Shown here: positions 58,461 to 64,000 of the stretch, in pieces
Layout: the number at the start of each line of letters is the position of its first letter
Position numbering within the stretch: position 1 is the stretch's first letter
Position numbers and translations under genes: made by a program
Assembly (NCBI GenBank): GCA_963735035.1
Contig: CAVTJJ010000006.1
Location: 96,001 to 160,000, forward strand
Length of the DNA stretch: 64,000 nucleotides
Reading direction: 5' to 3'
Origin: an uncultured candidate division Zixibacteria bacterium
Lineage (GTDB): Bacteria; Zixibacteria; MSB-5A5; GN15; FEB-12
The notes under the pieces: generated by a model
Database searches by the model: none
Told to the model about the DNA's origin: nothing
The model's input: the letters and a program-made list of their open reading frames with translations, nothing else

Positions 58461-60047
58461 ATGGACAATATATTCTTGACATTGGTGACGTTCATGCCGC
58501 TTCTCGGGGCGGTGTTGCTGCTGTTTGTCCCGCGCGAGAGAGATGATACGGTCAAAGGCGTAGCGCTGATCATATCATTCATAACGCTTTTGCTGTCCAT
58601 CGCGATCTTCAAATTCTTCGATCCAAACGCCACCGGCATGCAGTTCTCCGTCGATGTGCCCTGGGTGCTTTCGCTCGGCATTCATTATCATATGGGTATC
58701 GACGGCATCTCGCTTCTGTTGATCGTGCTGACCAGTTTCCTGACGGTCCTGTGTGTGATAGCCTCGTGGAACTCGATCAAGCACGGTGTCAAAGGCTTCT
58801 ATATTTCGCTGCTGCTACTGACGACCGGGATGATCGGCGTCTTCTGTGCGCTGGACCTGTTCCTGTTCTATGTCTTCTGGGAAGTCATGCTGATTCCGAT
58901 GTATTTCATCATCGGCGTCTGGGGTGGCCCTAGGCGGGTCTATGCCGCCATCAAGTTCGTTCTGTTCACGATGTTCGGCTCGGTGCTGATGCTGGTGGCG
59001 ATACTGTACGTCTACTTCCAGTATCAGACCTATTCGGGCGAGTATACGTTTGATTTGCTGAAGTTGACCGCGATGCCATCACTGGCTGTCCAGCCCCAGT
59101 TGTGGCTCTTTGGAGCTTTCGCCCTGGCCTTTGCGATCAAGGTGCCGCTGTTTCCGTTCCATACCTGGTTACCCGATGCACATGTTCAGGCGCCTACCGT
59201 GGGTTCGGTCATTCTTGCGGGTGTACTGCTAAAGATGGGAACCTACGGTTTCTTGCGTATTTGCATGCCGCTCTTCCCGGAGGCGACGGTCATCTACTTG
59301 CCCTATATATGTGTCCTCGCGTTAATTGCAGTTGTGTATGGGGCGCTGGTGTCGATGGTCCAGCGGGACATCAAGTCACTGGTGGCGTTCTCTTCCGTGT
59401 CGCACATGGGCTTTATCATGCTCGGCATGTTCGCGCTCAATATTCAGGGGATGGAGGGCGCGGTTCTTCAGATGGTCAATCACGGGATTTCCACGGGAGC
59501 GCTCTTCTTGATCGTGGGCATGATCTACGAGCGGCGCCACACGCGGATGATTGAGGATTTCGGTGGCATAGCCAAGGTGATGCCGGTATTTGCTGTCTTC
59601 CTGATGATCTTTACGCTCTCGTCAATCGGCTTGCCTCTTACGAACGGGTTTGTGGGCGAGTTCCTGATTCTGCTGGGGGCGTTCAAAGCGAATACGACAT
59701 ACGGCGTTATTGCGGCCAGCGGCGTGGTTCTGGCCGCTTGCTATATGCTCTGGATGTATCAGCGCGTCATTTACGGCAAGATTACCAAGCCGGAGAACGA
59801 GAAACTGACCGATCTCACCGCTCGCGAGAAACTGGTGCTGATTCCTCTGGTCGTAATGGTGTTCTGGATCGGAGTGTACCCGTCGACCTTTACTTCGCGC
59901 ATCGAACCCGCGGTGAAACAGATATTGACTCAGGTAGCGCCCGCGCGGGCTGCCGAGCAGATACTACCCGCAGTAAAAGACCTGCGAGCCGGTGATGCAC
60001 CCACTGATTCGCTTCCGGCGGTAGTCGTGTCAGAGGTGTCGAAGTGA
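58461..60047 (+). CDS. nuoM: NADH-quinone oxidoreductase subunit M
   Basis: FWE..L.PMYF, KVP.FPFHTWLPDAHV.AP, LLKMG.YG, SSVSHMG, GF.GEF. Confidence 0.96.
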   Translation: MDNIFLTLVTFMPLLGAVLLLFVPRERDDTVKGVALIISFITLLLSIAIFKFFDPNATGMQFSVDVPWVLSLGIHYHMGIDGISLLLIVLTSFLTVLCVIASWNSIKHGVKGFYISLLLLTTGMIGVFCALDLFLFYVFWEVMLIPMYFIIGVWGGPRRVYAAIKFVLFTMFGSVLMLVAILYVYFQYQTYSGEYTFDLLKLTAMPSLAVQPQLWLFGAFALAFAIKVPLFPFHTWLPDAHVQAPTVGSVILAGVLLKMGTYGFLRICMPLFPEATVIYLPYICVLALIAVVYGALVSMVQRDIKSLVAFSSVSHMGFIMLGMFALNIQGMEGAVLQMVNHGISTGALFLIVGMIYERRHTRMIEDFGGIAKVMPVFAVFLMIFTLSSIGLPLTNGFVGEFLILLGAFKANTTYGVIAASGVVLAACYMLWMYQRVIYGKITKPENEKLTDLTAREKLVLIPLVVMVFWIGVYPSTFTSRIEPAVKQILTQVAPARAAEQILPAVKDLRAGDAPTDSLPAVVVSEVSK

Positions 60048-60265
60048 GCAACGTGACGATATACACCAAAGTTGGTTGCCCTTACTGTGCCGCGGCGAAA
60101 AAGCACTTTGCCGAACAAGGCATTGCATTTGATGAGATCGATGTGCACCAGACACCTGGCGCGAAGGACAAATTGAATCAGCTCAGCGACGGCCGCAATA
60201 TCGTTCCGGTAATTGTAGAGAATGGCAAAGTAACGGTTGGATTTGGCGGTGGTTGAGGAATATAG
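60044..60265 (+). CDS. Glutaredoxin-like UXX-star (seleno)protein; in-frame UGA at 60254-60256 probably read as selenocysteine
   Basis: IYTK.GCPYC, VPVIV..G...VGF, then GGG-TGA-GGA-ATA-TAG giving ...GFGGG-U-GI*; SECIS-like hairpin downstream. Confidence 0.8.
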
Positions 60266-60288
60266 GACGGGTGGCGGTCGCCACTATT
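60257..60288 (+). promoter_or_regulatory. Putative bacterial SECIS element
   Basis: GGUGGC-GGUC-GCCACU hairpin (60270-60285); G-first loop begins 19 nt after the UGA. Confidence 0.65.
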
Positions 60289-60289
60289 A

Positions 60290-61756
60290 GTGAGTACGAT
60301 GGTTGATTACGTTTCAGCGCTCTCGATTGATCTGAATCTGGTGTATCCGGAGATTGCACTGGTGATCGCCTCGTTTGTGTTGCTGGCCATAGCCTGTGTC
60401 CGGCGACTGAACGCAGCTGCTCCGTGGGTGACTCTGCTGGCTTATCTGGTCGTGCTCTGGTTGGTGATAAATCAGTGGGATCATCAGGGTTCCGGCTTTA
60501 GTGACATGGTGCTGTGTGACAATTTCGGCATCATGTTCAAATTGATTTTCGTGTTCACCTCAATCGTAACCGTCCTGCTGGCCCAGGATTACATGAAAGG
60601 GCGCGGACTCGACCTGCCCGAGTTCTATGCACTGATGCTTATGTCCACCTGCGGTATGATGGCCATGGCCAACACCGCAGACCTGGTGGTCATGCTGATC
60701 GGGCTTGAAGTTATGTCGGTGCCGCTGTATGTCATGGCCGGGTTCGATCACCGCTCGCTCAAGTCCAACGAGGCGGGCGTCAAGTATTTCATGATGGGAG
60801 CGTTTTCGTCGGCCTTCCTCCTGATGGGTATTGCGCTGATCTACGGCGCAACTGAGACTACAAATCTGCGACGGATCGTCACTGATTTCAGCTATCTCGC
60901 TTATCATCAGGAATCGTCGGTATATATTATGGCCGGGGCGATCCTGGTCCTGGTCGGTTTTGGGTTCAAAGTTGCAGCGGTGCCATTTCACAGTTGGGTG
61001 CCCGATGTCTATCAGGGAGCGCCGACCCCGGTGACCGCATTCTTCTCGGTGGCTCCAAAAGCGGCCGGGTTTGCGGTATTGCTGCGGATCTTTGTTTTCG
61101 GCTTCTCCGGTCTGGGAGACCTCTCAACGGTCTTCTGGGTGCTCGCTGTATTGACAATGTCGCTGGGGAACATCCTGGCACTGCGGCAGGACAATATCAA
61201 ACGGATGCTGGCCTATTCCTCAATTTCACACGCCGGCTACGTGCTCGTAGCATTGGCGGTGGGAGGACCTGAGGCAGTCAGCGCCGCCATTTTCTACCTG
61301 TCGGCCTATGCCATGTTCAATCTGGGTGCTTTTGCCGTAGTCACTCTCTTGGAGAACGGCGCGGGACGCAAAGCCGATTTCAGCGAATTGACCGGCATGT
61401 CCAAGGTTCATCCGTATCTGACCGCAGTACTCGCGCTGTTCATGTTCGCGTTAGCCGGATTTCCACCAACAGCCGGGTTCTTCGGAAAATTCTTTCTCTT
61501 TTCGGCGGCCGTGCGCTCAGGTTTCATCTGGTTGGCCGTGTTCGGCGTGCTCAATTCATTCGTGTCGGTCTATTTCTATCTGCGAGTCATCAAGGTGAGT
61601 TACTTCGACACGAGCGAAGAGCCGTTTGAAAAGGCGAGACTGTCACCGGCCATGCTGGTAGCCCTGGCGATAACCGTGATCGGCACGCTGGGCGTCGGCC
61701 TAATGCCGCACCAACTGTTGAGTATGTCTGTGGCGGCCATATTCGGCCTGCCGTAG
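60290..61756 (+). CDS. nuoN: NADH-quinone oxidoreductase subunit N
   Basis: EFY, LEV.S.P.Y, EA..KYF..GA, FKV..VPFH.W.PDVYQGAP, KRMLAYSSI.HAGY; alternative ATG at 60299. Confidence 0.95.
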   Translation: MSTMVDYVSALSIDLNLVYPEIALVIASFVLLAIACVRRLNAAAPWVTLLAYLVVLWLVINQWDHQGSGFSDMVLCDNFGIMFKLIFVFTSIVTVLLAQDYMKGRGLDLPEFYALMLMSTCGMMAMANTADLVVMLIGLEVMSVPLYVMAGFDHRSLKSNEAGVKYFMMGAFSSAFLLMGIALIYGATETTNLRRIVTDFSYLAYHQESSVYIMAGAILVLVGFGFKVAAVPFHSWVPDVYQGAPTPVTAFFSVAPKAAGFAVLLRIFVFGFSGLGDLSTVFWVLAVLTMSLGNILALRQDNIKRMLAYSSISHAGYVLVALAVGGPEAVSAAIFYLSAYAMFNLGAFAVVTLLENGAGRKADFSELTGMSKVHPYLTAVLALFMFALAGFPPTAGFFGKFFLFSAAVRSGFIWLAVFGVLNSFVSVYFYLRVIKVSYFDTSEEPFEKARLSPAMLVALAITVIGTLGVGLMPHQLLSMSVAAIFGLP

Positions 61757-61832
61757 TTCAAGACACAGTTGAATCTACAGGGGAGATAGAAAGCACAGAG
61801 ACGAACAGCGTCAGGCTAGTTCTAACTACGGG

Positions 61833-63233
61833 CTAGCACTCCTTGAGCTTGTCTTTGCCGTTGATCTTGGGGACTTTGATCGGGTACTTGCCTGAAAAGC
61901 AGCCGTGGCAGAAAGTCGTGTTCGGCAACGATGGCATTGACAGCATCCCTTCGAGCGACAGATACCGCAGTGAATCAACGCCCAGGTATTTTTCGATCTC
62001 CTTGACGCTCTTATTCGAAGCTATCAGTTCCTTGCGGGTGGGCATATCGATACCGAAGAAGCAGGGCGAAATGATGGGGGGAGAGGAGACACGGAAATGG
62101 ATTTCCTTGGCGCCCGCCTCACGGATCATCTTGACCAGCTTGAGGGAGGTAGTTCCTCGTACGATTGAATCATCAACCACGACGACTCGTTTGTTTCTGA
62201 GTACGCCCTTAACCGGGTTGAATTTCAGGCGAACGTCGAGATCCCGCACTTGCTGGTGCGGATCTATGAAAGTCCGTCCGACATAGTGATTCCGGATCAG
62301 ACCGATCTCGAACTTGATGCCCGATTGTTCGGCAAAACCGAGCGTGGCCGTGTTGGCTGAGTCGGGGATACCGATGACTACGTCGGCGTCGACCGGGTGC
62401 TCTTTGGCTAACAGTCGTCCCAAACGGCGGCGTATTTTGTCGACATTCTCGCCGAATATGCGCGAATCCGGACGCGAGAAGTATATGTATTCAAAAATGC
62501 AGGCGGCCTGGTGACCTTTCGGAGCAAAACGCCGGGAGTTCAGACCGCTCTTGGAAATTTCTACTATTTCCCCGGGCTCGATATCCCGGATGTACTTGGC
62601 TCCAATAATGTCGAAAGCGCAGGTTTCGCTTGCTATGAACCAGGCGCCACGAAACTTGCCCAGCGCCAGTGGGCGGAATCCCTGCGGGTCGCGCGCCGCC
62701 ATTATGGAATCCTCGGTCAGGAAAACGAGCGAGAACGCCCCCTTAATTTTCTTCAGGGCCTCGCAGATACGATCCAGCCGATTCCGCTTTTTCGAAGTCG
62801 CTATCAGGTGAAGAATAATCTCGGTATCAGACGTGGTCTGGAAGATCGATCCCCGCGAGTCGAGGGCGCGTTTCAACTCCAGCGAATTGGTCAGGTTGCC
62901 ATTGTGAGCGACAGCCAGGTTGGAGCTCCGATTGGTGATTATGAAGGGTTGGATGTTCAGCAGCGATGACGCCCCGGTCGTACTGTAACGAGTGTGGCCG
63001 ATCGCCATCCGCCCACGCAACTTGTTGATGTTGGCTTCGTCACCGAATACTTCGGACACCTGGCCCATCCCCTTGTGAAGGAAGAATTCCCCACCGTCCG
63101 ATGTGACTATGCCGGCCGATTCCTGTCCCCGATGTTGCAGGGCGTAGAGTCCCAGATAGGTCAGGTCGGCTGCCCGTTGGTGGCCGTGGATGGCGAAAAC
63201 ACCGCAGTTGTCATGAACCATTTCGTCCAGCAT
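61833..63233 (-). CDS. purF: Amidophosphoribosyltransferase (propeptide and Fe-S type)
   Basis: Propeptide then CGVF, LQHRGQESAGI, GH.RYST.G, AHNGNL.N, CIFEYIYF.RPDS, VDDSIVRGTTS, PCFFGID, FCHGCF.G.YP. Confidence 0.96.
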   Translation of the reverse strand: MLDEMVHDNCGVFAIHGHQRAADLTYLGLYALQHRGQESAGIVTSDGGEFFLHKGMGQVSEVFGDEANINKLRGRMAIGHTRYSTTGASSLLNIQPFIITNRSSNLAVAHNGNLTNSLELKRALDSRGSIFQTTSDTEIILHLIATSKKRNRLDRICEALKKIKGAFSLVFLTEDSIMAARDPQGFRPLALGKFRGAWFIASETCAFDIIGAKYIRDIEPGEIVEISKSGLNSRRFAPKGHQAACIFEYIYFSRPDSRIFGENVDKIRRRLGRLLAKEHPVDADVVIGIPDSANTATLGFAEQSGIKFEIGLIRNHYVGRTFIDPHQQVRDLDVRLKFNPVKGVLRNKRVVVVDDSIVRGTTSLKLVKMIREAGAKEIHFRVSSPPIISPCFFGIDMPTRKELIASNKSVKEIEKYLGVDSLRYLSLEGMLSMPSLPNTTFCHGCFSGKYPIKVPKINGKDKLKEC

Positions 63234-63274
63234 AAGCCGTTTTCCTCGTCGGGGTACCGCCCCGAAAAGCGGCT

Positions 63275-63303
63275 AAGGTACCAGGCCTGTCCTGGTTTGT
63301 CAA
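63275..63303 (-). promoter_or_regulatory. Putative sigma70 promoter of purF
   Basis: Minus strand TTGACA-N17-TACCTT with TG extension. Confidence 0.55.
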
Positions 63304-63518
63304 CCTTTCAAGCGCCACGTCGGAGCGTCCCTCTGTGAACTAGAGTGCAACGCCGGCCCCGGCTGTTAAGTTCTTGAACAAGCGAATGAACTGGCTAAAA
63401 CGTTGATTTTACGCTATTTTCGGGGTGTACACGCAAGTTTTCGCAGTCCCGACAGGAATATCCTGACCGGTGCACCGCTTTTGCTCTTGAGTCGACTGAA
63501 CCAAAGAGTCGAAAGTTC

Positions 63519-64000
63519 ATGGCTAGTAGAGACCAAGAAAGATTCAATATCCTACGAACTCTGGCGACCGCGGCGGTAGCCGATGTCCGTCTGGAACAAA
63601 CCGGGCGGGCTGCCCTGGAGCAGGCGGCCAGATTGATCGGTCTGGAAGCCATGGCGCTGCATTTGTGGGATGGCAAAAAGCAGCCCCTGCTGAGTCTGAC
63701 ATATTCGTCATCGGAAGATGAAGCGCGTCGTCTTAACGAATTGGAACGCGACCTGTTCGAAGGTCTCCGAAAAGACCGTCAATTAGTATCGGCTTATATG
63801 TCGTTTGGAGGGGAGACGCCGGTTCATTCCTTCACTCTTCCGTTGAGACACGGTGCTCAGGTATTTGGAGCGGTAATTGGGCTGCAAAAGGGCGAGCGGA
63901 CGCTCATTGCTGAAGACGATTTTCTCGATGCTCTCACCGCCACCCTGGCCCTTCACGCCGCGGCCAGCGGTATGACCGGGGCACTTCCGAAAGAACTCGC
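63519..64000 (+). CDS. GAF-like domain protein (3' truncated), possibly a sensor kinase N-terminus
   Basis: Open frame from ATG 63519 to the window end (MASRDQERFNILRTLA...LHLWD...FTLPLRHGAQVFGAVIG...DFLDALTATLAL); absent from the ORF track because it has no stop. Confidence 0.55.
   Translation, partial: MASRDQERFNILRTLATAAVADVRLEQTGRAALEQAARLIGLEAMALHLWDGKKQPLLSLTYSSSEDEARRLNELERDLFEGLRKDRQLVSAYMSFGGETPVHSFTLPLRHGAQVFGAVIGLQKGERTLIAEDDFLDALTATLALHAAASGMTGALPKEL

Noticed and set aside
1..64000. tRNA, rRNA, tRNA-Sec, prophage or integrase genes
   Set aside because: None recognised; intergenic gaps are short or explained by promoters and hairpins, though a covariance-model scan was not possible

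Overview
A gene-dense bacterial chromosomal segment, most likely from an FCB-group diderm anaerobe or facultative anaerobe. The placement as Zixibacteria-like is an inference from the PorV/T9SS-type C-terminal domains and gene content. In order it contains: the 3' end of an AmmeMemoRadiSam radical SAM gene, a spermidine-synthase-like membrane protein and a SnoaL-like protein; a metacaspase lipoprotein; a DUF3524/GTDC1-like glycosyltransferase; an iorA-iorB-buk-ptb-ptb' 2-oxoacid fermentation operon; a HAD-hgcA-hgcB-epimerase mercury-methylation operon; a TonB-dependent receptor / large CTD-bearing secreted protein / PorV-like triad; nfnAB; a ~450-bp cluster of REP-like hairpins; a Rrf2-suf operon; a long mixed operon (manC, SPOR, tsaC, YwlE-like phosphatase, ftcD, PHP hydrolases, secreted metalloprotease, orphan ECF S component, OM barrel, MFS); a complete nuoA-N operon; purF; and the start of a GAF-like protein. 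The most notable signals are: (1) a hidden glutaredoxin-like selenoprotein (CPYC...GGG-UGA-GI-stop with a SECIS-like hairpin) inside the complex I operon between nuoM and nuoN; (2) a hypothetical ORF just upstream of nuoA that carries the catalytic motifs of eukaryotic phosphohistidine phosphatase PHPT1 (Janus/Ocnus); (3) hgcAB in an unusual operon; (4) the TonB receptor-CTD protein-PorV triad; (5) a pair of Ptb paralogs with complementary motif loss. Four single-base +1 frameshifts look like sequencing errors. All family assignments come from motif recognition by eye, with no database searches.
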